Positions 51,330 to 62,899 of a stretch of DNA of 64,000 bases are shown here, one piece after another. The notes under the pieces are model-generated. The model searched no databases and had not been told where the DNA came from. It was given only the letters and a program-made list of their open reading frames with translations. The stretch is from contig RDEW01000004.1 of the NCBI GenBank assembly GCA_011109175.1, forward strand, positions 272,030 to 336,029, read 5' to 3'. Each line of letters begins with the position of its first letter. The stretch's first letter is position 1. The position numbers and the translations under genes are program-made. This DNA is from Dicyema japonicum. Lineage: Eukaryota > Animalia > Dicyemida.

Positions 51330-53960
51330 AAAAACGTCAAAATATGGTTATTTCAAGAAAAACGAAAGTCTCAACAACGAAATTTGGAAACTCTTCTCAT
51401 CCTCCGGGGACTACTACGGCTGAGTCATTCACTTTGGAGAACAAGACGCCGCACAAGGCAGAAGTTTCTAAACCTACCAATGAACCAACGAAATACGACT
51501 CTTCAGATATGACTAAACCAGCAAACGAACCAATGACAGCGAATCCCACAGACAACTTGTCCTTATTGATAACAGTCAATTACGCAACAGTGCTATAAGG
51601 ATTGCGAACATTCTATACCTCTTTGACCAATACGGGTGCATGAGGATGAGCCACAGAGGATCGGGCTCCTTCCGTCTGGACTTCCGAGACAACTCACACA
51701 TGGCCACCTACATGGAGGCCATAAATGAGACCTGTCCCTTTGGTCTGGACGACCACTACTTTAAGGCAATCTCAACCAAACCATCTGAGATTGTCCTGAG
51801 GAATCTTCCGTTCTGGGTGAGGGAGTACGACTCTTGGACTATCTCCAGGAGATAACTCCCTCAACTTCGAAAATAACCCGAATGTTCAAAGGATCGCGGC
51901 CCATGCCAATAGCGAAGGCCTCGATTAAGAATAGATCGGAAGCCACATCGTTAATACGTTGTGGTTTCTACATTGGAATGAATAAAATATCCTGTGAATG
52001 GAAGGGAAGAGGACCGCCGATCTGCTATAACTGTCAACAGGTTGGTCACTTTTCATACCAGTGCACAGGAAATAAAAAATGTTTACGTTGCACGGAAGAG
52101 CATGACATCTCCAAATGTAATAAGGACATGGATTCTGTACGGAAATGCATAAATTGCGGATCAACAAAACACGGTGCAAGGTATGAAGGATGCCCTGTTC
52201 TTGTGGAAACCAGGCGAAAGCTTATTCCCCAAGTCAAAAATACAGATCTGAAATCTATGAACGTCATAGACGACAAAGTTGAAACACTAACACGAAAAAG
52301 AATTATTGATCCAAGGGTTAACAAGCTCTCTTCAGCTAATCTACCGAAGAAATCGGCATGGCAAACCAGAGAAGAGATACCAGGAAGAATCAAAGAAGAA
52401 CTATATGAAATTATTACAAGACTGAGAGAACTTAGTGATACTTTGGGAGTGGATTTACGGGAAATGGTGGACCTGGCCATTGACGTCTACTTGTCTGGGG
52501 ACATGAACGCAAAGCATGTTGATTATGGATGTGTTGCAACAAATCAGGATGGAAAATGTCTTATAAAGTGGATGGAATCTGGAGAATTGAAAATTTTGAC
52601 GTCAGCAGAAATAAATCACTATGCAACTTATAGTGGTGATAAACTTGAATTGTTCATAATGCCTCTGACGATGAGTGAAATGTGTGATCCTCCATATATT
52701 GAAAATGACATAGGAAGTGAGCACATCCCACAAACGATTGAATTAAAAACTGGTCCGGTTTACACACGACATTTATTCATTGGATATGATGTCAGCAAAA
52801 TTGATTGGAATCACTTCAATTTCTACATCAGGCTGAAAATTGGTAATGTTTGTGATTTGGGGATTTCGAAACCGGAAGATATCGACATTCTGGATAACAA
52901 AATAAGATCTTTGTTGTTAAGTTATCTGGAAAATTATGGAAAAAGCAGGAGAATATGATAATAGGAGTAGAAGAATGCTCTTTGCGTCAGAAGAATAAGT
53001 CAGAAAATAAATTAAAGAGGTGTTGGGATATCTTCGACTCTCAGAACTTAAAATGCAGATCAAGTTAGTGAAGAAGAAAATAATGGACATTGTAAAGGAA
53101 ACTGAACAAAAAGTATGGAAAAGAGAATGTTCAAAGTTAGGTCGACAGAATCCAAAATTTTGGAAACTATATACAAGAATGAATTCTCCCAGTAGTAAGA
53201 ATGAAGAAATATCTCTCAAGTTAGATGATGGTCTCACTCTTCCAAAAGAAGAAATTCCAAATGTTTTACGTCAACTATTGATCCTATTAGTGTTATAAAT
53301 GAAAAATTTTCAAAGGAGTTTCTTAATTTCATGAATTTCTCTCTGGAAGATCTGGGTAGTTTGACAGAAAAAGTCTCAATGGCAGAAGTTAGAACAGCAA
53401 TTCGTGAATGCAAAACAAGGCCCCAGGATTTGATGGCATTCCTATGATTATGTTCAAAGAAGGTTCTGATGAAATATTGTCTGCTCTACGAGAGATGTAT
53501 GACTCGAGTTTTAGGCTCGCACGTGCCTCCTTTATGGAAACGATCTATTGTTAAATTGATTTTCAAGCCAGGAAAAGCAAGGAAGGATCACCTCAGTTAT
53601 AGGCCGATAAGTCTTGTATGTTCTATATCAAAAATTATGAACGTATTATATTTAAAAGCCTGAATCGATATATAGAGGGGCAACTTTCTACGACCTTATC
53701 AAATATGGTTTCCGTTTGGGAAGATCGTGTGGAAATTGTATTTACTCACTAAACTACGAAATTACAAATACATTTGAGAAGAAAAGTCAGTTGAGCCTTA
53801 TTTGTCTCGACATTTCAAAGGCGTTCGACAGTGTATAGCACAAGGCTATATTTTGTCAACTGGTATTTCTAAAATATCTGTGGCACAAATGTTCCTATGG
53901 CTGAAAAGACTATTTAACTGGGTGGATATCTCACGTGGTAGTCGGTGGAAGAAAGAAACT
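51330..53960 (+). mobile_element. LINE family A: ORF1 (three CCHC knuckles) fused to truncated APE, then decayed RT
   Basis: CYNCQQVGHFSYQC, CLRCTEEHDISKC, CINCGSTKH; SGDMNAKH, GSEHIP; SYRPISL, CLDISKAFD. Confidence 0.9.
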
Positions 53961-54356
53961 ATGGAAGCGTTTCTATTGTGAAGATACATCAAGAAGGATT
54001 ATTCCCACGGGGCACAAGATCCACACTCACAAGTGAGGGGGAGACCCCGATATAGTTGTTTCGGTAAATTTTCAACAGATTATAGATTATACAAAAAAAT
54101 ATTAAAAAAGCAACGGCTTCTTGAATACAAAAGATAATGAAACAACGGCTTCTTGAATTAAATTAAATACAAAAATACAACGGTGATATCTCGAGACGAT
54201 TATCCAAAGTCTTAGATGTTTTTTTTGGTAGAATAAAAATAAATCATCTCTTCATTTAAAAATAAAGAACAATAAATATTTTGACTCTGATTTCAAGTTT
54301 CATTACTTATAAAATGACAAGACAAATCAAATAGTGAAGAACAATCCATATTTATG

Positions 54357-54663
54357 AGTTACCTAAATATATAGATATTAGACATTTTGATAACAGCCTT
54401 CAACACTATATGATTAATCCAATAATGTATTAATAGAATATCAAAGAAAATGCAATACAGGAAGAAATACGATGATACAAATAAACACAACAACCACTAC
54501 AACCACGACAGTTACCTAAATATAGATATTAGACATTTTGATAACAGCCTTCAACACTATATGATTAATCCAATAATGTATTAATAGAATATCAAAGAAA
54601 ATGCAATACAGGAAGAAATACGATGTAAACAAATAACACACAACAACCACTACAACCACAACA
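54357..54663. repeat. Tandem duplication of a ~153-bp unit
   Basis: Units start AGTTACCTAAAT at 54357 and 54510 and are near-identical. Confidence 0.93.
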
Positions 54664-55039
54664 GCGTTGTGAACTTAACGCTAAATGCATTAAAAGGTTC
54701 GCCATATTGTAAAACAATTTTTAAAAATAAATAAATATTAAATTAATCTTGATAAGTCAAAATTTGACGTTAATTATTCGGAACACTGAGAATTATTATT
54801 ATTTTTACTTCCAGGATCACTGGGTCAAAGAGAAAGAAATAAAAGTTCTCATCTAACTAAGTGATCCTAGACCGACAATGGAGAGGACGAGTCCGACGAG
54901 GTCGAGATTCCTGAACAATTGAACATAGCATCGGCTCAAAATTTCTGTATGATTTTAGATATTTTTGATAGTGTATGGAATACACGGCAGCTCGGTAAAC
55001 TAGCCTCTTTTACAAGTTTCTGTTTTAATTCGATTATGA

Positions 55040-56040
55040 GATTTTCAATCGGCTGGATTTCGAAGGTGACTCCCGAATCTTTGGTGTTTTGCTAATAGGA
55101 ATATTCTCCTTCTTTATAAAGATTTGTGGTTCGACACAGAACTGTCTTTTGTAAGTGATAAACAGCGTGACTGAGGACTTTGTTGCTGATGCGTTTCCGC
55201 TTCGAGAGCCATAGTTCCAACTTGCCAAGCATTTGCTGAGCGGACTAAGTCGCTGATTGAATGCTTCTGTCCTTGGAGGCAAGAATGATATCGTCGGTAT
55301 AAGGAGAGGATTAGGCAGTTTTCATTACAGGTTATTTGGCATGTTGTTTATGTAGAGATTGTATAGGGCTGGAGATTACGGAGTTTTCTTGAGGCTGTGT
55401 CGAAAACCTTTGTTATGTCACAGAGAGCAAGACTGTTGGTTGGTGTGGTTTATTGAATTGAATCCCTCCGTAATGAACTGGCACAGGGACGTTAGATCTG
55501 TTGCTGTGGAGTGTTTAGCCGGAATCCACGTGACCTTTGATAATTTGATTTTGTTTTTATTTGTAAAATGATCGGATTATGATCATTCATAGTTTCGCAT
55601 TTCACGCTCCATGAAATTGAAGAAGCCAGATGGGGAGACGCGATTGAATCGTCAGGGGATGATGGTTTATCATTTTGTCTTGAGGGGGTTTTTTTGTGTA
55701 AAAGTTAGGGTCTTTTATGATGCTAAATGTTCCCAAGTCTTCGATTAGGATGTCTTCCGCTTGTTTGACGTCAGCCAGAGTAAGTGTATTGTATTTAGGT
55801 CACCGCAAAGAGAACGTTCTTTAGTGAGCTGATCGACGAAAGTTTTGGGCAAGTGGCTGATGATGAAGGAGGTAGATATGAATTGATCAGAGTAAGACGT
55901 AACCATGGGAGTTGGATTTTTGTGGCCAGAATTTCGATACTTTCATGGTTTTGGAGATGGTTGTAGACGTATTTGGTGATATCTTCATAAGGGATCCCGC
56001 TTCGTATGATAGTTTAGTAAGCCTTCCAAGTTTTCCACAT
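55040..56040 (-). mobile_element. Decayed LINE APE and linker
   Basis: SLCGDLNTIHLLW. Confidence 0.55.
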
Positions 56041-56284
56041 CTATCTCTGCGGATAACTGATTAAAAATATAAACTAATTTTAACTAAAATAACCTTATTT
56101 CTACTTTTAGTGGGAAATCCTCATGTTATAGTAATAGTGTAATTGTTATCATATGTGACATGGAATGTCACATCACCTGTCATTTGTAAGCATTCAAACC
56201 TACATTTTCGTATAAATAATTTTTAATTTTTATAGAAAAAATGTATTACAACAAGAAAATCAAATAATAATCCACAAAAAGAAT

Positions 56285-56430
56285 GAATGAATTGTTTCCC
56301 CTGATAACTGCCAGAAAATCCTTTGGAACAACCATTCGTTTCCCGACGCTCATTGCTACTTTCAAAATCATTGACCCAAGCGTCTTAGAAAAGAGATCGT
56401 TTTGGCCCATAAAATGTGTCATGCAAGAAA
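56285..56430 (-). mobile_element. CRE-like 3' fragment
   Basis: GPKTISFLRRLGSM...NERRET...AVIRGN (with frameshifts). Confidence 0.7.
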
Positions 56431-56594
56431 ACTTAATAGTGATTATTAGGGCAATTTAAGTGCTATAATTCTAGATTTCATTTTATTTAAATAAAATTCA
56501 TTAAAAAGCCTATTTTATAAATAATAATAACACCAGAAACCATAATGCTATTTATTAATTTTAAATTTAAAAATAATTTTTGATTGTCAAACAT

Positions 56595-59500
56595 TTTTGG
56601 TTAGCTGGTGACGTGGCTCTTGAACTCCATGTCTGGAACACACAGTATCAAGCTATTGGACTTCTCACGTTTAACGTCAGCGGACTCTTTAGCGTTTGGA
56701 AACGGAAGGAACTGGTCGAGGATCTTTCAAATACAAGATTTCAATCGCCTGCCTTCAGGAGACCAAACTTCTAACGTGATCGAAGAACAACATGGGGAAC
56801 TTTCGACTAATCTTCCTTCCAGGTGGAAACAAGCACTATGGCTAGGATTTTGCAGTCAGGAAATGATCTATGCCAAGAGAGTCTGCCGATATTACAGTGT
56901 GAATGATAGAATCGGGATGTTGCAATTGAAACTGGATGACCTCTACCCGTCGAAGAAGTATCTAACTATAATACAACGTTTACGACGCCCTCAACAGTGG
57001 ATGGCTTAATAATAACCCTGAGGAGATTTGATGACTTTTACACCAGTCTTTCTGGCCGTTTTCTCCAAGTATGCTCTCTCTACATTAGTAATGATCGCAG
57101 GAGATCTAAATGCGAAAGCTGGCACCCAGGTTACGACCGATGAGACATTGAGACATTCATTGCGATTACAAATGGTTATTGCTAGACTTTCTCTAAAGAG
57201 ATTTATGATACTACAAAGAACAAAATGGAACACATTGGAACCACAGAACCCAACTCTAGATGTTATAATTTGGAATCCTTAATCAGTCAATCAGAAGGAG
57301 TCCTAGCATTCAAAGAATATCTGGATGCAGAACTAGAAAACATGCTTACAGATTTGCCGCCCGGAAAATCCTGGGATTTTGTAAAGCAGTCAATACATAA
57401 AGGAGCCAATCTGCATCTATTGAAAGAAAATGAGAAAATCCCATCGCACAATGTACACGGTGAAGGACCTTGCCAATAAACAGAAGACCATATGGATGCT
57501 ATATCAAAATACTGACGATTCGAACGTATTGTCAAAATTGCGGCTAGAAAGAAAAACTATCAAAGCAAAAATAGATTAAGAAGATAAAATCACTCAAGGA
57601 CAACGCTAGATTCTACGAGGCTGTTAAACAGATGAAAGGAAAGAGACCCCATCAACCGATAATGATAAGAGATGACAAAGGAACGCAGATTGTGGACCAA
57701 AGGGAAGTGGCTGAAATTATCGCTGCCCACTTTGGAAAACTTTTTAATCCAAGGAACGACACTATCATTTTAGAACGAGGGAAATTGGACTAAGAAATCA
57801 CATCATATGAAATTGAACTTGCGAGTTCCAAGTTGAAAAACAACAGGACTCCTGGCCCCGACGGACTCGGTGGTGAATTCTTCAAAAGTGGAACCCAAAA
57901 GCTGTATGAATGCATCGCTAGGATCCTGAATGAAATGTACTATTATGGTCACACGCTGACTCTAAGAGAGGGTATCTTGATACCTGTACAGAAAACGAAT
58001 AAACCAAGATCTAAGGTGGAGAACCTCCGTCCAGTCATATTAATGAATTCACTTGGGAAAGTTCTGGCGAACATAACACTACGAAAGATGGAAGGACGCC
58101 TAGATACTTTTCTAGTAGTCTAATTTGATTATCTTTCGCATATTTTATTTACCTTTATGATTAATGGTTGTTAGTATTGAGCCTACTTGACAAGGGAATG
58201 TCTTGTCACACAAGTAGATAATTGATCTGATGGTTAAAGTGGAGGCGTATCTACTGTAGGAAGTCTCAACTTTATGATGAAAGCAAGCTAGCCTTATATT
58301 TTGCGTAAAGATAGATGGGGTGATTGACTCAGGAAACATTGGATATCTAAAGTTTTGAATAAGGAAGTGCTGTGTGTCAACGGTTTTAAAGCGAGAATAC
58401 TGTTGCTACTATTTTTCATTTGTCTCCTGGAGGGAATTTTCCGCGATACCACTTCATTAACCTCTTGCTCCGTTAGTTATACATAAAGCTCGATTCATGC
58501 GCATCAAAAGAAGTGAAATCTTTTAAGTATCTTAGAACAGCTGTTGAGAAAATTATGAGTAAGTTATCCTACTTTGAACTCCGAAAAAAGAATATCACGC
58601 GATTTTATTTATGAGAAAATTAAAACTCGAAACTGAGATGCTTTTATTTATTTTTTTCATTTTCACTTTTTTTTCTAAATAAATTATTTTTTGAGCTGGG
58701 AAGTGGTTCCGCGTTAAAAACTGAGGACGCAGCTCTGAATTCTGACTTTCGAGAATTTCAAGATAAAAGTCTCCAAAAGATTCTATGTACAGCCCATTGT
58801 TGTCGAGACGAATGGAGTCTTTGGGCCAAAAACGGTCTCTTTCTAATATCGCTTGGGTCAATAATATCGAATGTGTTAATGAGTGCCGGAAACCGAATAG
58901 TGTTTTATTTTATCAGTTCGATTATTTTGGTTGTCATGTTAGGTTATAAATTGTTAGAATTAAAAAAATTAATTTTATCTAAAAAAATGAACTATGAAGC
59001 TTTTTAATTTGTGCCAGTATTTACAAATGATTCATGTATTATACAAAAATATAGATCATCCAAATAAATCACGAATCTACGTTTTTTCAAAGAATTACTG
59101 AAAAAACAAAACCCAACGGAGGGTAGAGAAATTATTTTCAGTCGCGGAGATGATTATGTTTCGCATCTTGTCGCTTTATTAATCAGCACATCAGACAAGC
59201 CACACAAATTGAGAAATAATTTGTAATACCACCAATTCGATTCCGAAAAGGAAGATCTACTTCCGATGTTTTGTGGTCCCACAAGTGGAGATCTGCGGCC
59301 GTTCAAAAGCTCAAAATGTCTACAACCATCCTCGGAATCGACATTTCGAGGGCCTTCGACTCTGTCGACAGACGGAGGCTAATACTGGTTTTGGAAAGTT
59401 TCCTAGACGCTTCCACTGTCAGAATGGCCACCACCCTCCTAGCTGATACTTGGCTCACTGTAAGAGTCGGGGGAGCCTTGTCTCGGCGATTTGAGACGAC

Positions 59501-60261
59501 TGTTGGCACTCCACAGGGAGACCCATTATCACATATACCTTGAAGTAAATCCGGACAAGACTAAGGTGACTGAACTCAAAAGGGAAGAAACAAGAACGGA
59601 GGAGTACTGGCGCAAATGCAAAAAGCTTGGCTCCCTCCTAGGAGACCATGAAGAAATTACGAGAAGGAAAACTTTAGCACAAACTGCCCTCTCCAGATTG
59701 AAGAACACTTGGCTCCACAAAAAGGGCCTTGACATTACAACAAAAACTCGATTATACAACTCGCTAGTGAAACCCATACTATTGTATAACGCTGGTACTT
59801 GGGCCTGCTCAAGAAATGAACTGAAGAGGCTTATTGCGTTTCATAAAGGCCAACTACGGCATATGATGTTCGAAGGAAGTGATACGAGGATGTCATCCAA
59901 TCTTCTTTATAAGAGGACGAAGACCTCAGAAATTTCTAATGAAATTCTGGATACACGATGGAGGTTTTTCGGCCATATTCTGCGACTGGACCTAAATGCC
60001 CCCTCGAACGTAGCCATGGAGGATTACTTCATGTTGGAGGCCCCCCGTTTCCGTGGTCGCCCAAGGACGACACTGGCAGTCGTTTTTAACGAGGACCTCA
60101 AAGAACTGGGACGGCATCTTGGAAGTGGAGAGGATCTTGACTAGTTGCGCACTGTGGCTTTGAATAGGAGGAAGTGGATGAAACTAACCAGTGATTTGCT
60201 AACTCGTGTTGCACATGCTTTGTCAAGTCCTATGACATAGCGATAAGTGCTAATAATAATA
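56595..60261 (+). mobile_element. Near full-length RTE with perfect 12-bp TSD and (TAA)n tail, split by a ~1.1-kb insert
   Basis: TSD ATTGTCAAACAT at 56583-56594 and 60262-60273. TFNVSGL, VNDRI, AGDLNAK, TPGPDGLGGEFFK, FRKGRSTSD, GTPQGD, RGRPRTTL. Confidence 0.92.
58700..58900 (+). mobile_element. CRE-like 3' fragment inside the RTE insert
   Basis: FYVQPIVVETNGVFGPKTVSF. Confidence 0.7.
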
Positions 60262-60990
60262 ATTGTCAAACATAAGATTGTTTAAATGCAGCATTAAAGC
60301 TGCGACTGTTAACAACCGAACACGTCGTGAATATAATTTAATAAAGAAAAGAGAGTAAACGGTTATATAGCGGCTGCCCTGATTGCGTGGCTAGTCCCTC
60401 TCAGGATAGCGAGATTTGTCGTAAATTATTTTATGATATTGGTCATTTATTACGATAAATGTCATTTCTAATGAGAGGCAAAAAAATTAGTGACAAATGA
60501 TGTATGGATATCCGAGACATTTTCCTCATTCTTCGAATTTATATTAACAAAATAATTTCCCTCCAATAATCCAAATACCCTAAAGATCTCTATAATAAGT
60601 GACCTCAAATCATAAAATTATTATATTTAGACTACGTCATTATATTAAAAGAAAATCCAATCAAATCTATACAGGATGACACATTATCAAATTTATTTTT
60701 TTTAAGGCAATATAATTTTAATGCAAAAAATAAGTTAACAATTACTGGCTGCTCTCATAATTGAGAACGTTTGGTCTTTTATAGACCCAATTTTATACGA
60801 TTATGAGCGGACATTCTAAAAATATGTATTTTATTTAAGTTGTACAATATGAATGGTATTACGTAATTTTATAAATAATTGTGATTAAAATTACTAATTT
60901 TTAAAAATAAATAAAAATTTAAACCAATTAAGGTTAACCTTGTTCTTGTGGTATTTAATCAATATTTCTCCAATTAAAGTCTAATTGAAA

Positions 60991-61866
60991 ATGCAAGGTA
61001 ATGATTCAAAAATTAAATAGACGGCAATTACAAATTCGATAAGATTTATGCTTCAACATCAAACGACCTGCAGTCCTTCAAACAGAAAAGTGAGTCTCTC
61101 TATAACTACAGTGCAAACAATGCGGGACATCCTAGACCAAATACAAAACAACCCATTTTCAACTGACTACGACCATGTACTGTATTTCATTATCTAACCT
61201 ACAGTCAACAGCAAAAGGACGAAGCCCTGAGCCTGGTGAATCAGATTGCGGACAAACTAAAGGTCCTCAATAGTGAGGCCTCCTCCGCGAACCCAGCTTT
61301 AGCAGTATGTCCTTTATTGAGCTTAGAAACGGTATAAACACCAGAACGAGAGTCTGGTGAATGAATTCTCTAAGTCTCTCGGTAATTTTCAAAAGTTTCA
61401 ACGAAATCTGGTGGAAGTGAAACAGAGACATACGCCGTTGGGAGAGAACGAACTATGTTGCCGCAGAGTGTGGGTCCAGGGGGACAGTTGGTGTTAGAGG
61501 ATACTGAACAGCTGGAAAGGGAGGAGCAGACAATCTATCAGTTGGAGGTATTTTGTAGAGTGAGGTTAGAGGGACATTGGGGATGTGAACATGATCTTCA
61601 AGAACCTGGCGATGATGGTGCATGAACAGGGAGCAGTGATTGGTATTGTTTGTTGTGATGACAGACACAATTGAGTCTAATATAGAAGATGCCAATGAGA
61701 ATGTGCAATTGGGAACTCAGCAGGTAGCACGTGCGAGGGAGTTTAAGGTGATGTTATGGTTGATTGATAGAAAAAATATAAGAGAAAGTGTTTATGTTTG
61801 ATAATATCAGTGTTGGTTATTGTGGGAATTATTATTGCTATTTTGGTGGCCAAAAATAATAAATAA
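60991..61866 (+). CDS. STX7: Endosomal Qa-SNARE, syntaxin-7/12 family
   Basis: Seven clear 22-23-nt introns (60998-61020, 61090-61111, 61182-61204, 61305-61326, 61548-61569, 61643-61664, 61748-61770) and one ambiguous one. SNARE motif [43 protein letters not shown] and a C-terminal TM. STX7 versus STX12 is not resolved. Confidence 0.92.
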
Positions 61867-62221
61867 TTAATATATTCGGATTATTGAGTTATATAATATT
61901 AGTGGTTGGTTATTCTTTATGTCTACTATTTCATTATGACATGTTTACAATATGGCCATTGGTTTACTCCCACTATGTCTTAATGACGGAGATTCATTGC
62001 ATTATTCTAACAGGTGGGGTAATTTACGTTATTCACTTATAACTTGATAATTCCAAGATAAAAGAGGTAGAAGAACAGGTGTTCTATCTATACTAGAACC
62101 AAATAAACTTCATGGTGGAAAAGTAAAAATATTTGTAAATGTGGAATCCCACTTTAACGTCTGTTTACTGGAAAAGATCTTTAGAATTATAAAAAACCCA
62201 AAAATTGAGCCTGATAATACA

Positions 62222-62614
62222 ATGTCTGGACCTGGTAAAAGTGCAAAAGAAGGAAAATCAAATGCAAAGCGATTCAAGAAGATCCTCATTAATTCTGACG
62301 ACTATGAGGACGTTTCACAAGTGGTTCGTCACACAGTGGACCACGTGGTTCAATTATTATTTCTAAATTGGCCCTCTATTGCAGTATACTTTAGAGGAAG
62401 TAAAATCCTGGAAAAGCTCAGGCGGGTCATTCGCGACTCGGTCCTATTGGCTTTTCGGGTAAACATGGAGATTGATGGCAGGGCTGCGTTCCATACAGCA
62501 GCGGACATCCCCTTACAGCCAGCGGTACAACAGGCTGTGCTTGCCACCAGGAGGACGGAATTAGAGATTGAGGCTCAACCTCACTTAACGAGAATAAAAA
62601 TGTTAATTTGCTAG
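62222..62614 (+). CDS. Highly divergent histone H4-like protein (130 aa)
   Basis: MSGPGKSAKE-GKSNAKRFKKIL aligns to H4 residues 1-22 with 12 identities; LRRVIRDSV resembles LENVIRDAV; TAADI resembles TAMDV. Confidence 0.72.
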   Translation: MSGPGKSAKEGKSNAKRFKKILINSDDYEDVSQVVRHTVDHVVQLLFLNWPSIAVYFRGSKILEKLRRVIRDSVLLAFRVNMEIDGRAAFHTAADIPLQPAVQQAVLATRRTELEIEAQPHLTRIKMLIC

Positions 62615-62899
62615 TATTCATCATAAAATGTTTTCTTGAAGTTCAACATATCCCATTTGAAGTCTGCCCACTATAGGGTTCTCATATCTAATAATTTGTG
62701 TGTTCTACCGAGAGAGTTTTCAACATAAAAAGATATTAATACTGCAAGTCTAAAAGTCACAATCAAATGCAGTCATATCTTTATCACGTAGGATATTCTC
62801 CCAAAACACTCATTATTTTGTTTCGCATATTATCAGGAGGTTAATTCGTGATAGGAATCGTTTAAGGGCTAAATTGAAGCGTTGTGTCGACAAAATAGA

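Noticed and set aside
7778-52480. Numerous 60-160-aa ORF-track entries such as 7778-8071, 9655-9966, 45625-45900, 50681-51172 and 52046-52480
   Set aside because: They are antisense or off-frame shadows of retrotransposon ORFs.
56598-56630. 2A-like reading LAGDV at the RTE start
   Set aside because: No ExNPGP follows. The same nucleotides are conserved at 43478 without conserving the peptide, so it is better explained as a DNA/RNA motif.
62345-62481. Two introns inside the H4-like ORF (37/40 nt and 23 nt)
   Set aside because: Splicing both restores frame but destroys the VIRD match to H4; the unspliced frame is fully open.
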